64,000 nucleotides of DNA from the NCBI GenBank assembly GCA_021613535.1, contig CP075496.1, positions 620,001 through 684,000 of the forward strand. Reading direction: 5' to 3'. Positions 11,363 to 25,115 of the stretch are shown piece after piece. The notes beneath the pieces were generated by a model. That model was not told the DNA's origin. It made no database searches and was given only the letters and a program-made list of their open reading frames with translations. The translations under genes and the position numbers were made by a program. This DNA is from Adineta vaga (taxonomy: Eukaryota > Animalia > Rotifera). The first letter of the stretch is position 1, and each line of letters starts with the position of its first letter.

Positions 11363-13719
11363 ATGAAAATAACACTGTGGGTATCCTTTGTATTTCTGTT
11401 GAATTTGATTGCTTCACACAAAATCTTAACAATACCGGTTGATGAATTGGAACAAGAATCATTCACAATATCGACTGACAATACAACTATAGGTATTTTA
11501 ATTGAACTGTTTTCAAAATTGAATAATGAATTGTTTTATTTAGTGCTTCCAGATGCGACTACTGATGACTGTTTTTTTAGCTGATTCAAAAAATTCAAAG
11601 CAATCCAGTATTGATAAAGGCACGTCACATACTATTTCACTATATTCCGAAATGGAATATGTTTGATGATTATCTCAGTCTAAATATATAAATAATATTG
11701 TTTTATTGAATAGAAGTGAGGACAACAACATTAGATCAGTCAAGTCCTATTGATCAAGGTGTTTTGCGAATTGTTGTCAGTCATAGTACACTCCAAGTAC
11801 AGTTTGGACAAACTTATCAACTTAATTGTACTGTTTATGGCGCTGATCCAAAAAACACATATTTATTGGGCTCAAACAAAACCATATCGAGTAAAATTTT
11901 CAAATAATATTCTCTCTTGTTTTCATTAAATGTTTGCTTCTTTCATGTTAGCGTTATGCCCTTACTAATACCCAGCATAAAGTGTTTAACTCTATATATG
12001 ATAAGAATAATAAACATATTTCAACATTACCAGTGACGCTTAGAGCAAGTATTACATTTGATCATTCAAACAAAATCGGTACATATGCATGTATGGCACA
12101 AGATGCAGAAGGAAATAAGGCTTCAGCGAATGTTGAAATTTCACGACTACGATTTTGGGTAGTGTACCGTCTAGAAAATCAAAATTTAATTAATTCTTAC
12201 TTTATTTTACAGTATGGTGCTAAACATTTAAGTATTGTGGTACCGGATGTAAATGATGAAGATCATGTAGAGATTATGTGTACAGGTGCACTGTTAGATC
12301 ATGAAGACAAAATTCAATGGTATTTCAATAATCGAGTATGTATTTGCTTCTGACTTGGACGAAGGCATTGGCTTTAACACTAAACAAAGTTTCTGTCGCA
12401 AGTTGCATTTTCATTCGTTGACTTCAAAATATTTTTTTAGCTTCTTACTGATGAACATCCATTTCAACCACGCGGAGAAATACTTCGTATTGATCCAGTT
12501 TCAAAATTGCAATCAGGAAATTATCGTTGTTCAATTAATGATCCTATGTATAGACCGGCTTCTAGTAATTTGACATTAGGAGGTAATTATATCTAATGAA
12601 ATAAAACGAAAAAACAAACTACTGAATTTATTTTTCTATAAGAGAAATCATATGAACATGTCCTTCCATTATTCAAACCATTAAGTCCATTATCTATCAA
12701 TGAAGGTGAAAGTCAATTAATTCGATCTCCACCTGGATATTTTTTTGTTTATTAGTCATTTGGTAATAAGCAACCACTCCCATCGGGTACTTATCAAGAT
12801 CGCGACGGTTTACGAATTACGAACGCACGTTATTCTGATCATTCGGGAACTTATAACTGCCAGTTAATAGGATTTGGTGTTAAAACTGTTAATGTCCCAT
12901 ATGAAATTCAAGTGCGACGCAACGGAATACATGTTTCATCTAGTGGTATGTTTAGAATAGAAATAAACTTCAATTTCATATGTCGTTTTTGTTATTCTTT
13001 TCTATGTGGTGCACCAAAAATAATTATTCATCCGCAGACAATAGATTTAAAAGAAGACCAACGAATGATCATGCAATATACAATTAATGTATGTAAAGAA
13101 TAAAAAACAAATAATAGATAAATTTAGTTATTTAATTATTTGTAGTCAAAAGAACCGGTTGAAGTCATTTGGAATAAATATATTGATCAGAGCTATCAAC
13201 CAATATCGTCTCCTTTTACAGTCGAATCAAATCGAATTATTCTTAAACGTGCTGCACCCAAGGTAGCTGGTGCTTATCAGGTTATTGTACGCAACTCACA
13301 TGGCGAAAATCGACAAAATTTACGCATTAATATCAAACCACGACGTCGTCAACAACGAAAATCTGTTAAAATAACTATCGAACCAAATGAAGTAACAATT
13401 GAACCTGGTGAAAAAACAGTTGTTAAATGTCATGTGAAAGGTGCTCGAAAATATCGATTAACATGGAAAAACGATGCAAATGATACAAGTCTTTCGCATT
13501 ATGTATATGTATGTATTGAGAATTAAAGACAAAAAAGATCATGATCTGTTTGTTTCTCTTTAATAAAAATAGCAACAAGGAAATGATCTTATAATTGCAC
13601 CAATTGATGATACACCTGGTGGAACAATGAACTTCAAATGTCAAGTTGATGTATCAGGTCAATCTAAGTCACATCATGCTTCTGTACCAATTACTATTCG
13701 TGATGGGAAAAAGAAATGA
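11363..13719 (+). pseudogene. Secreted multi-Ig-domain protein (perlecan/hemicentin-like Ig repeats), probably pseudogenised
   Basis: Signal peptide and about 5 Ig domains (LNCTVYG...GTYACMA; IMCTG..IQWYF...SGNYRC; SGTYNCQ; AGAYQV; VKCHV...ITWK...FKCQV). Lesions: frameshift near 11861 hiding YWAQ, TAG at 12753-12755 at the core Trp position, and no AG acceptor near 13005. Confidence 0.7.
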
Positions 13720-14653
13720 AGAGATGCTGATAAATAGATACCGATGCGAAAAGGGTGTAACTTATTTAGGCTTATTTTTCTTGTCATTTGTGTTCAAAAT
13801 TGCGGTATAGTAGAGTAACTACTTTTTCCTATGCTTTCTAGTTATTTCATTTATTTTGCTTTATGAATTTGTAACCATGATCTTGAGAATGTGGATGCGA
13901 TTTTGGTGCATTCTCCTCACTCAGATTTATGCATACATTCTTACAGATCCTAATTGAAATATATGAAAGTATTTAATTCAATTATCCGTATAAATTCTAC
14001 ATAATTCATTTCAATGACAATTTTGTGTAAATATGTCTGAATACTACGAGTGGATGTGGATATATCTTCTTCCTCTACACTCTCAATTTTGAACTGATGA
14101 ACAAAGTAAAGAGAAAGAGTGATAATGTTTGTGTTCTCTCTCTCGTCCTCTGATTACCCATACACTCTCAAGAATTAATGAAATGAGTGTGTGTTAGGCA
14201 GTGTCTCTATCTATCTTCATCCACACATTTGAAACTTGAATTGAAATCAGCTTTCAAGTTTAACACTACTGAAAAATATCGAAACAAATTCGAATTTGCC
14301 GCAATATCAAAATTCCCATAAACTCAAGTCTTCACAGTTCAATTGGACCAGGATCATTCGATAAAATCGATTGAAACTTTTATGTGGCTGTATATATTGA
14401 ATATAGATGTCGCTTTGTTTTCTTTTTGATTTAGTAAAACAAAATTTAAATAGAAAAAAAATGAAGAATTCAAATGAAAATTTATTGAAAAAAATCAAAA
14501 ATTAATTTTACATGAATATGAAAACATGTGAGGGTTCGACTAGTACATTGTTAAGTTATAATAATCGATATATGGTAACATAATCGACGAGACGATGAAG
14601 ATTTGAAAATAAATCAAAAGAGGTTTGAAAATAGAAAAAAAAGGAAGAAATTG

Positions 14654-17600
14654 ATGGCATCATTAGTTGAAAATACTGGTAATTCAGATGAAATAGTACC
14701 ACGTTCATCCAGTGTTGATTCAGCTATATGTGAGGGTGGAGACGATTCACCGGATGAAATTTTTGAATGTGATGAAGAAAGTTTAGACGAACTTCATGAG
14801 GAAAATCAACAAAACGGACAGTGTAAAGCACTTATTCCACGTTTAATTCGTTATGGTTCAAAACGTACTCCAATTATACAATTTTCACCGAAAGTTGCCT
14901 ATGGTCGATGTCCAGAGGCAAGAAAAATCGGAGAAAAACATGCATTAACATTTAAATTCATTAAAAATGATACAAAATTAATTCGAAATATTCTCGAAGG
15001 ACATGGATTTCGTGAAGTTCATCCAGCAAGTTCAGAATTTAATATAATGTGGACTGGTGGTGGAATGAAACCATTTTCATTAAGAACATTAAATCCATTT
15101 CAACGTGTTAATCATTTTCCTCGATCATATGAAATGACACGAAAAGATCGTCTGTATAAAAATGTTCAAAAAATGCAACAAGAAAAAGGCGTGAAAAATT
15201 TTAATTTCATTCCAACTACTTTTCTTCTACCATATGAATTCGAAGATTTTTCTGGTAAAATAAAAGACGAAAATTTCTTGGAATTTTAAAAGAATAAAGT
15301 TATTTTATTTTAGCTGCATTTCAACGTGAAAAAGGTGTGTGGATTATTAAACCAGTTGCTTCATCACAAGGCAAAGGAATCTTTTTAATAAATCATGTAA
15401 ATTTATAATTGAATGAAAAAGAAATCTCTTTTTTTTTCTTTTTCTTTAGCCTGATCAAGTTCCATTAGATGAAAATCTTGTTATCAGTCGATATATTGAT
15501 AATCCACTTCTAATTGACGGTAATTTATCATCAAAAAATTTCAATATCTTTTCATTGTCTATTTCCTCCCTCTAAAGGATATAAATTTGATGTTCGAATT
15601 TATGTTGCTGTTACTTCTTATGATCCACTTGTTGCTTATCTTTATGAAGAAGGATTAACCAGGTAAACAAATCATTTCATTTCATTGAATAATTTAAATA
15701 TTTTTCTTTTTCTAAACAAAAGATTTGCAACAGTAAAATATGATTCAAATAGTCGAAGTATTAAAAATGCATTTATGCATTTAACAAATTATAGTGTCAA
15801 TAAACGAAGTCATCGATATGTTAGGTAAGAAAGAAAGAAAGAAAGTATAAGATTTTAATTTTGAATTAATCAAATATTTATATAGATGTGATGATCCAGA
15901 TATTGAAGATTTTGGTAATAAATGGTCAATGTCTGCAATGTTACGTTTATTAAAATCTGAAGGAAAAGATACATTTAGTTTAATGATGGCTATTGAAGAT
16001 GTTATTATTAAAACTTTACTCACTGTTGAATCTCAAATATCAGCTGCTTGTAGAATGTTTCTTCCAACTCGTGGAAATTGTTTTGGTAAAATTAAACAAA
16101 ATTAAATAATTCAAATAATATTTTTCTTTTCTCTAGAGGTTTATGGTTTTGATATATTAATCGATGAAGATTTAAAACCTTGGGTACTTGAAGTAAATCT
16201 CTCTCCATCATTAGCTTGGTATAGAACTTTCTTTTTAAATTTTATTTTGAATGAAATTGTTTTGTTTTACAATAGTGATGCACCAATTGATATAAAAATC
16301 AAAACTCATATGATATGTGATTTATTTAATTTAACTTCAATGCCTTGTGTTGATCCAGCAGTTTATTCAAATAAATTAAAACAACAAAAAACAGAATCGA
16401 ATTTACAAACTGATCAATATAAACGAGTTAGTTTTCTTTTTAAGATTTCATCAAATATTGAATTTCTTTTATAGCGTCGTCCAATATCCGCTGGTTATTC
16501 TTTATCGACATCATTAGGAAATAATTCTCGTAATGGACGTGCAACAACAGCAAATCGTCCAAGTCGTTTAGGAAACGAAAATCTTCGTAATGAATATCTC
16601 GGTTTATCACCTGATGAAATTCGAATTTTACGAACAGTTAAAGAAGAATCTCGTCAACGTGGTGGTTTTGTTCGAATATTTCCAACAAGTGATACATATG
16701 AATATTTTTCAAGTTTTTTTGAACAACGAACAACATCATTTAATCAAATGATACATCAACGTCTTTATTCATCACGATGGTCATCAGTTGCATTGAATTC
16801 TCATCAAAATGGTGGACAAATTCGTCGTACAACAATTCCACGATGTAAACAACTTTCATCTGCATTTAATTATGGACATTCATCAGAGAAAGATTTAACA
16901 CCAAAATTAAATGGTTGTGATCTTGATGAAGCTTTAGAAAGATATAGAATTTATGAAAGAAGATTAATTGATATTGTTCCTCCGTCATTTCCTCATTCAT
17001 CATCATCAACTATAACAACAACAACAACAACAACGACGACAACAACAACAAAATCTGCAGAGAATTTATCAAAATCACACACAAATGGAGAAAGTTTTGA
17101 ACAAAATAATTTATCTCGACAAACTAATCTTCATCGAACAGTATCAGTTCCAACTAATAATCTCATATCAAAACAAAATCCTAAAAATGATTCTCCACCA
17201 AAACGTTCGACAACTATTGTACAATTAGTTAAACCACAATTAAATACAAATGCAGCTCCAGGTGAAAGTCGACATTCTATCTATGCAAAAAATGATATTC
17301 TACAAATGCTTAATCAAGGTTTAACACTTAAGTAAATTAAATTCTTAATCATTATTTTCAAAGAATAAAATTCATCTTTTTGTCTCTTTCTCTTAAGTCC
17401 TCTTCAAGCTCGAACAGCATTTGGAACATATCTTCAACGAATACAATTTCGTTTAATGCTTGATTCAGAATATAAAGAAGAAGTAACATCAAGTCAACAT
17501 ATGGATTTAGTAATACGATTTTTAAAACGAGCAGGTCAAAATTTAATACCACCATTTCGTGTGGAAATTCCATCACGTCGTTTATCTCCATCAGATCAAA

Positions 17601-18837
17601 AACGAATTTTAGCAAAAGAATTATGTGATTTTCTTCATTTATATAACAAAGAAACAGGTTCACAAAATACAACAATTAATTCTCTTCCATATCAAATTGA
17701 TAATCATTTATTTGAAAATTTTCTTCGTTCAGCATCTGAAGCTGATTTAGAAGAAATGATGACTGCATATATGAAAACAAATAAAGAATCTGCTATACAT
17801 TTAGGTGTTAATCCTAAAGTTAACAAACAAAATTCCGATATACTTGGAGCTGATCAACAAGCACAAACAATTTTACCTAAACAAAGTTATGAAGAAAAAA
17901 CGATCACAATTATTCAAACAATTCCAACGAATGAACAATCATGGGCAATGTCATCATCAAATGATAATCAATCAAATAAACGTTTATCAAGAACATCAAG
18001 TGCATCAAGACAAAGATCAAATCAAAAAAAAGAAGAACAAATTTATAAACTTTATGGAGTTGCACGACCTGTTTCAGCTCTTGTTCAACAGAAAAAACGT
18101 TCGTTTTTTTTTCTGATTATTTATTCAAATTTTTCAAAATTAATTTTCATTTAGAATTAACTGCAAATGGTTCATCTGTTCCCGGAACAAAATTCTATTC
18201 ACGTGATCGTCCAAATTCTGCAAATGTTCCTGTTGAACAACAAAGTATAACGAATATTTTATTTCTTCATCATAGAATTTAATGTATCTTCTAGAAGATA
18301 AACGAGATTTTGTTGAACAATTAAATGAATTATCAACAAAACAACATCGTCGTCAATATTCTGGTAAAAGGAAAAAAATCTTTTTCTAAATAAAATTTAA
18401 ATCTATTTTTGAAGGTGTTCATCGTTTAAATGCATTTCATAGTCGTTCACCATCAAATGAACGTCATCAAGAGATAAATTCAAATGAAAATCCTCAATCA
18501 ACAAGTAAAGAAAAAGAAGTTCTTGAAAAAAGTCGACAAATGCTTGAAGAAAGTAAAGTTAAAAATGAACAATTAGCTGAACAAGTTTGTTTCTTTTCTT
18601 TATTTGAAATTCAAATATAAAAATTCGTTGTTCTTTTGTCTTCAGGCAAAAGTCTTTCAAAGAACATTACAACGTCAAGAAATCTATTCTGCATTAAATC
18701 GTTTTGGACATCGTCCACCAATCTATCCCAATGTTATTAAAGAAACGCGAACATCATCAAATAAAATTCAACAAGTAAAATTCACTTTTGTTTTTCTTCT
18801 TCTTTTCATTTCTTCTTTTTTTACCTTTTAGAATTAA
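14654..18837 (+). CDS. TTLL5: Tubulin polyglutamylase TTLL5-like (multi-exon)
   Basis: [88 protein letters not shown] and [14 protein letters not shown], followed by a long C-terminal tail. Confidence 0.9.
17013..17050 (+). repeat. (ACA)n coding microsatellite, poly-Thr in the TTLL5 tail
   Basis: Direct reading of the sequence. Confidence 0.8.
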
Positions 18838-19178
18838 TCATCGAAATGATCTGTTCTGTTTTTTTTCGCTTTAAATTAGTTGGCTTTTTTTTAATTTTAT
18901 TTTTTATGTAAATAATAATCGATTATTTCTTTTTTCAAAATTTCTATTGGATATTCATAAAAAAAAAGGGCAGAGCCATCTTTTCTTTACTTTATCAAAT
19001 AAACAAATCAACGATACAGGTTTTTTTTCCTCTCCTTCCTTCCTTTGAATGACAGAACGAACGACATCGTTTATTATATCTTTGTTTTTTTTCTCTATGG
19101 TATAGGTTAATGGTTTTGCCTTGGTAAATGAATATATGTCGTTTTTTTTTCGTTTATAGATTAAGTTTTTCTTGAAAA

Positions 19179-20597
19179 ATGAGTACAGATTCGAAAGAAA
19201 AAGAAAAGATCTTTCCATCATTTACTGAATTACGAATTTATCCATCATTTACAGAAATTCGTGAGAAATTCAATGCACCACAAGTAATTTAGTTTGAAAA
19301 TCTTTTCTTAAGAAATCATTTCAATTGAATTTAGAATTTTAAAATGTATTTTCCACGTGAAGTTTATGATCAAATAGTTAATGGAAGTCTTTGTGTTGAA
19401 GGAACTGATGTTTTAAGTCAAAATAGTGTTACAAAAGCAAATAATTTAGAAAATCAAACAGTTTTTCTTCGTCGACCACGTGAAGAACCAATTCAATGTC
19501 TTGTTATTCGTCCAAATGATTTATTATTAAAAGAAATTAAAACAGGAAGATTTATTCGAGCAACTCAAGATCAATTAGAATATGTTAATATTCCTGAAGA
19601 AGAAGGACAAGAAGTAACATTTGCTTTAAAAGAAGCTGGTGAAGCAACACTTTCATATCTTATTCATGGTAAAACAATTTGTTTTTTTTTTTAAATCAAA
19701 ACTAATTTTTATTTCTAAAAAGGAATAACATGGAAACCACGATATAATCTTAAAGTTGAATCTGATAATCATCAATTTGATGCTTGGGCTGATATGACAA
19801 ATAATACAAAACGAGATTATAAAATAAAACATACAGAATTATTTGGTGGTGATGTTCATCTTCAAGATTCTCCAGTTCATTCACGAGGATATGGTGGACA
19901 ATGTTATTGTGCTCAAGAATGTTGTTGTCTTCGAAGTGCACCAGCTGCACCTCAAATAGAATCACAAGGTGAATTAGCTGGAATTTATTGGTATTCAATT
20001 GATCAACCATTTGTTCTTATTCAACAATCAACATTTTCACTTCCATTTGTAAAACCAACGATAACAATCGAAAAATATTCTGGATTAGAAAATCAATTTC
20101 AAGAACGAACACAAAAAGGAAAATTTCAAAGAAAATATCGAATTGAATCGGATAAATTTCTTCCTAAAGGTACAATTACAATTCGAGAAGAAGGAAGAAT
20201 TGTTGGACAAGCACATCTATGTGATTTAAGTCAAGGAGAAAAACAAGATTTAGATTGTGGTGATGATCCAGATGTTAGTTTTATTCGAAATGTTAAAACT
20301 TTATCACAAAAACGTGATTCAGCTTTATATTCAATTCGTTTAATTATTAAAAATTCCAAATCTAAATCAATTAAATTTGAATATAAAGAAATTATTTCAA
20401 CAGCAAAATTTACAATAACACCAAAAGGTGAAAATGCTCTTAATGATGATAAAATTCAATTAATTAATGAAGGTTTACAAATATTTCATGAAGAATTAAA
20501 ATCAAATAATGAATTGATTTATCAATATGAAATTTTACTTGAATATCCAAATCAACAAGATCAATGTCAAATACCACAAACTTATTCTTATAATTAA
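19179..20597 (+). CDS. DUF4139-like protein (3 exons: 19179-19283, 19335-19668, about 19723-20597), bacterial-like, no signal peptide
   Basis: LRIYPSFTEIRE; ATLSYLIHGITWKPRYNL; FDAWADMTNNT...TELFGGDV; GELAGIYWYSI; FLPKGTITIREEGRIVGQA...DPDV. This motif series resembles DUF4139 proteins as recalled, not searched. Confidence 0.6.
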
Positions 20598-21420
20598 TTG
20601 ACAATTATTATCAATAGAAAACGAAAAAAAGATTATTTTTTAGCTTTTATTTTAGACAAAACAATACTAATCGACTATTTTCTTTCCTTCCGCTTTAGAT
20701 AGCCTTTTTTTTCTTTTGACTTTATGTGATTTTTTTTTAATGAGAAAATAAAAATATGATTCGACAGAAAGAATAAATCTTCTCAAATAACTTTTATTAA
20801 TCAATCAATATTTATTTTTCTTCTTCCAAAGAAACATCTTGCACAAATAGACGAGTTCTGTTCGTAATTCACTGATTGGTCCAATATATATCATAAGGTA
20901 AAAGTATAAAAATTTCCTTTCTGTAAAAGTTGACCGAAAGATGAACTCGAGTTTGATATTAGTTTTTTAAATTGTATTAATCAATAGTTTAGAAATACAA
21001 TTATTCAAGAAAAGAACATCATTGATCTAATATTCTATATGTCAAAGAAAATTCTTCAATTAATGTTGTCATAAATTTGACTCATTTTATCTCAATGTAA
21101 TATTTGTTTTTCTCTGTTCTATCTTTCGAATATTCTCGTCTATGATTGGACTGAATTGAGTAACATTTCTTTATGATATTCATTTTCAATACTCATAAAT
21201 TCAGACGTGTGGATTTGATAGTGGAATGATATTATGATTAAAATAGGTAGGAATTTTCATATTTTAGTAAAAGAAAACAAAAGAATTTATTATTTTTTCT
21301 CCTAATTCGTTTTTAAACAAGGAAAAACAATATCTTTTCGCATCATTAATTAATAAAAAAACTTTTATTTATTTCTAGCAGATGTGACATTTTTATTCGA
21401 AAGAAAAATCTGTTTCTATT

Positions 21421-21645
21421 CAATTTTCAAAAAAAGCGTTCCTATAGTCATTATTTTTGATAGATAAAGGTTTAGACTTTCTTATTCATAAATCCAATTT
21501 ATAAGCAGAGTCATATTTGTGAATAATTTTGAATCATAATCAAAATAAAACTATTCCTATACCATAGAAAAGCTGTAATTCAAGTTTCGTGATATGAAAT
21601 AGGTGAATGTGCATTTATATTCGAATTCGAATTCGACAGACCATG
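21421..21645. mobile_element. MITE family 1, copy a (end motif CTGTCTAATTCGAATTCGAAT)
   Basis: 21500-21645 is the reverse complement of about 23825-23962, and 21421-21490 matches 39864-39930. Confidence 0.7.
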
Positions 21646-22421
21646 TTGATTTTGTTTCCTTAACAACTTTTAAGTAAAAAAATATTTGTTTATTTTAAAA
21701 ACAAACTTGAAAGTTCATTTTAAGTTGTGAGATCATTGTTTGAATAAATCATTTTAATGAAATGTGAAAGAAAAAAAAAAGAATCTTTTCTCTCTTTTTT
21801 TTTCCTCTTCAATTAGAAATAGTAACGAACATATAATGTGTCACCACGATTTTAAATTACTTGATAAGAGAGAAAAAAAAAACGAGTTTTTCTTTCTCTT
21901 GAATCTATAAATATTTTACATAAGAATTGTTCATTGAAACGTTTTTATCGATAAAAAGAATGTGAATCTTCAAATATTTTATAGAAGAAGAAAAAAAAGG
22001 TAACGTTGTGTTTTTTTTTAATATTACGAGTAAATCAAACAGAAAATCGACCAATTCGTTGCTATTTTTTTAATGAGTAATGTATATTTATGTGCGTAAC
22101 CATCACACGTTCAAGGGCATTTTTTCTTTTATAAAGAATATTTACACAGTTCGTTCGAGATATTCACTCGTTTGAGAGAAAGAGAAAAGTAAACTGAGGT
22201 ATTTTTTATTCTTTACAATAGAACAGATCAATCTTCGAGAATTCAAATAAAATGATCCTCTAGAAGAAGAAGAAAAAGAAAAAGAACGAGCATGCCATTA
22301 GTGATGTACAGAACTAATAAATGAATCAGTTCTGTTTCTTTTGTCATACCTTAGAAACGTTTCTTTGATATATAAATTTGTTACATACGTCAGACATACA
22401 ATCTAGAAAATATTATTCAAA

Positions 22422-23695
22422 ATGGTAAGTTGATCATGTTTGAAGGATAAGAATTCATTCAACTTTTTTTTCTATTACTTATGCTTTGTATTAGATAGAA
22501 AGAATCATTTCTGTCAATAAATACTCATTATCAATATGTTTTCTTTTTATTCAAATTATACCATAGATTTAGTTTGACGTCAAACTTGTGAAAATATTGA
22601 TTCACTTTGTTTTTTTATTATATAGAACGAATAGAATAAAGATAAGGATAGTATGATAGATCTATAAGATATTACGATGAAGATTGATAAGAGAATATTT
22701 GATTTTTCTGTATAATTATTTATTTTTATTTTATTTAGTCGAACAGTCAATTGTTTAATATGAAAATATGGAAATATATTTTGAAATTTCTTATTATAAT
22801 TTTATTAATTTTTTTAATTTGGCAAATAATTTTAATAATTTTAACAATAAAAGAAAATTTTCGAAAGATTGAATATAATCCATGTGATTATAAAGAAAAT
22901 CTATTAAATCAACGTAATAGAACAATACCTCGAATAATTCATCAAATGTGGAAAACAAAAGATTTATCAACATATCCAATAAATAATTCTCAAAGTGAAT
23001 GGATAAAATATTATCCAAATTATGAAATTCGTTTATGGACAGATAAAGATATTGAAGAATTATTTTTAAAATCAGAATATAAACATTTATCAAATGTTTA
23101 TTATTCATATATATATTCAATTCAACGATCTGATTTAGCTCGTTTAATAATTCTTCATTATTCTGGTGGAATTTATTCTGATTTAGATGTATTTCCATGT
23201 TCAAAACAAGTTGAAAAACTTATTTTAACAAATTATTCATTTATAATTCCACTTTCAACAACAAGTTCATCAGTTATTAATCATTTTCTTCTATCAGAAA
23301 AATCTTCTCCAATTCTTTATTATATTCTTGAACAAGTTAAACCAAAACGATTCTATGAGAAAATTATTCTTGTACCTTATTTAGAAGTATTTTCAACTGG
23401 AGCTTTTTTTTTAACTCGTATATTAAATCAATATATTCATTTATCAACAGATTCAAAAACTTCTTTAGGAATTTTATCAGATATTGATGTTACTAAATAT
23501 GTTACGCATGAAATGGGAAGATCATGGCATTTAATTGATGGATGGATTCTTAATTTAATCAACGATCGACCATTTCTTACTTTTTCTCTATTTTCTCTTT
23601 TCATTCTTTTTCTCTATTTTATTTATAAATATTCATTTTTGTTAACAAATATTTCAAAACAACTATTAGTTAATAAATATGTACAATATGATTAA
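22422..23695 (+). CDS. GT32 DxD glycosyltransferase (Sur1/Csh1/Och1-like mannosyltransferase), membrane-anchored; probable ATG-only first coding exon (22422-22424) and intron 22425-22738
   Basis: IPRIIHQMWKT, LWTD, QRSDLARLIILHYSGGIYSDLD, STGAFFLT, HEMGRSWH..DG, with N- and C-terminal hydrophobic helices. ATG|GTAAGT splices in frame to TTTAG|TCG; the alternative start is 22760. Confidence 0.85.
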
Positions 23696-23827
23696 AAAGA
23701 ATATCTTTAGACTTCATATATGTAATGAACTTCCAGTAGTGTGTGTTGAACTTGAATTCGATTGAAATCCAAAATGTCAACAGGAACGTTAGTCAGATGG
23801 CAGAGCAAGAGGGGGGGCGGGGACATG

Positions 23828-24017
23828 AGCTGTCTAATTCGAATTCGAATATAAATGCACATTCACCTATTTGATATCACGAAACTTGACCTAGAGTCTT
23901 TCCTATTTTGTTTATCATTGATTATAATTCAAAATTCTTTACAAATTTGACTCTGCTTATAACTAGGAGAGGTTTTTGAAAATCGTCATTTACTATATTC
24001 GAAGTCGTATTATACAA
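23828..24017. mobile_element. MITE family 1, copy b (both ends present)
   Basis: The left end CTGTCTAATTCGAATTCGAATATA and the right end TATATTCGAAGTCGTATTATACA are imperfect inverted repeats. Confidence 0.7.
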
Positions 24018-24137
24018 TTATTCATTTTCTCTTTTTCTCTGTAAAAATGAATATTAACAAGTTTTTGAATAATTGTGATATTTGATTGAAATCATATTTT
24101 AAAATATCTGAATAAAATTTTTTCGAAAAAAAAAAGG

Positions 24138-25115
24138 TTAAACAATATCAATAAATTGTGTTAATGACATTTCTTGTTCATTATTTTGAATAATCATATT
24201 ATCTTTATAAATAATTGTTGAAGATTGATCTTGAAAATTTGATTCTTGTCTTCTTTTTAATAATGAATAAACATTAATTGATAATTTCTCTTTCATATCT
24301 TTAATAAAATTTGATTTTTCAATAATTTTTGGAAAATTTTCAATTGAAACCGAAGCAATTCCAATCATATTCACAAAATCATTTGAACGATATGTTAAAA
24401 AATTCTGTTGACCAAAAATTGAAATAATTGTTTGACGAACATTTAAATATGATTCATAAATACAAACTAAATTAAAAATAACTAAACCACCATTTGGATG
24501 AATTGAATTTTTTAATTGATTAAAAAATTCTTGTGTTTTCATATGAGAAGGTAAACCTGAATTGAAATCATATGCATCAAAAAAGATTAAATCATAAAAC
24601 ATTGTTTTAGATAAATTCGTTAAAAATTTTCTTCCATCAGTAAGAAATATTTTCATATTTAAATCTTGTTGAAAATCAAAATATTTCTGTGCGATTTCAT
24701 AAACTAATGGATCTATTTCAATAATTGTAAGAAATGCTTGAGGATAAAGTTTTCTTAATGCTCGTGGAAGTGTTCCACCACCTAAACCAATAATTAAAAT
24801 ATGTTTTTCATTTAAATTAAAAGGATAATGAATTAATGAAAGAATCATTAATTGAATATAATTAACACATGGATAATCTTTATGTTTTAAATCAATTTGT
24901 GCTTGTGAACCATTTGATAAACTATTAAAACGCATTAATCTTTTCGATCCACATTGACTAACGATAATTAAAGAATTATATTTTGATTTTTGTTGAAAAA
25001 GAATTTTTTCACGATGAAATGAAAAGAATAAATGAAATATTAAATAAAAACCAATTGAAAATATTCGAATAAACTTTCTAAACATATGACGAACGATATG
25101 CATCAATGATTTCAT
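24138..25115 (-). CDS. Intronless class I SAM-dependent methyltransferase of the spermidine-synthase-like type, with an N-terminal hydrophobic segment
   Basis: ILIIGLGGGTLP, IIEIDPLV..IAQKYF, DGRKFL, YDLIFFDAYD, PSHMKTQEFF, GGLVIFN. Confidence 0.8.
   Translation of the reverse strand: MKSLMHIVRHMFRKFIRIFSIGFYLIFHLFFSFHREKILFQQKSKYNSLIIVSQCGSKRLMRFNSLSNGSQAQIDLKHKDYPCVNYIQLMILSLIHYPFNLNEKHILIIGLGGGTLPRALRKLYPQAFLTIIEIDPLVYEIAQKYFDFQQDLNMKIFLTDGRKFLTNLSKTMFYDLIFFDAYDFNSGLPSHMKTQEFFNQLKNSIHPNGGLVIFNLVCIYESYLNVRQTIISIFGQQNFLTYRSNDFVNMIGIASVSIENFPKIIEKSNFIKDMKEKLSINVYSLLKRRQESNFQDQSSTIIYKDNMIIQNNEQEMSLTQFIDIV

Noticed and set aside
22794-23204. Antisense and alternate-frame ORFs overlapping real genes (also 17358-17675, 41944-42156, 52661-52948, 56895-57218)
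   Set aside because: They are shadows of biased codon usage on the coding strand.
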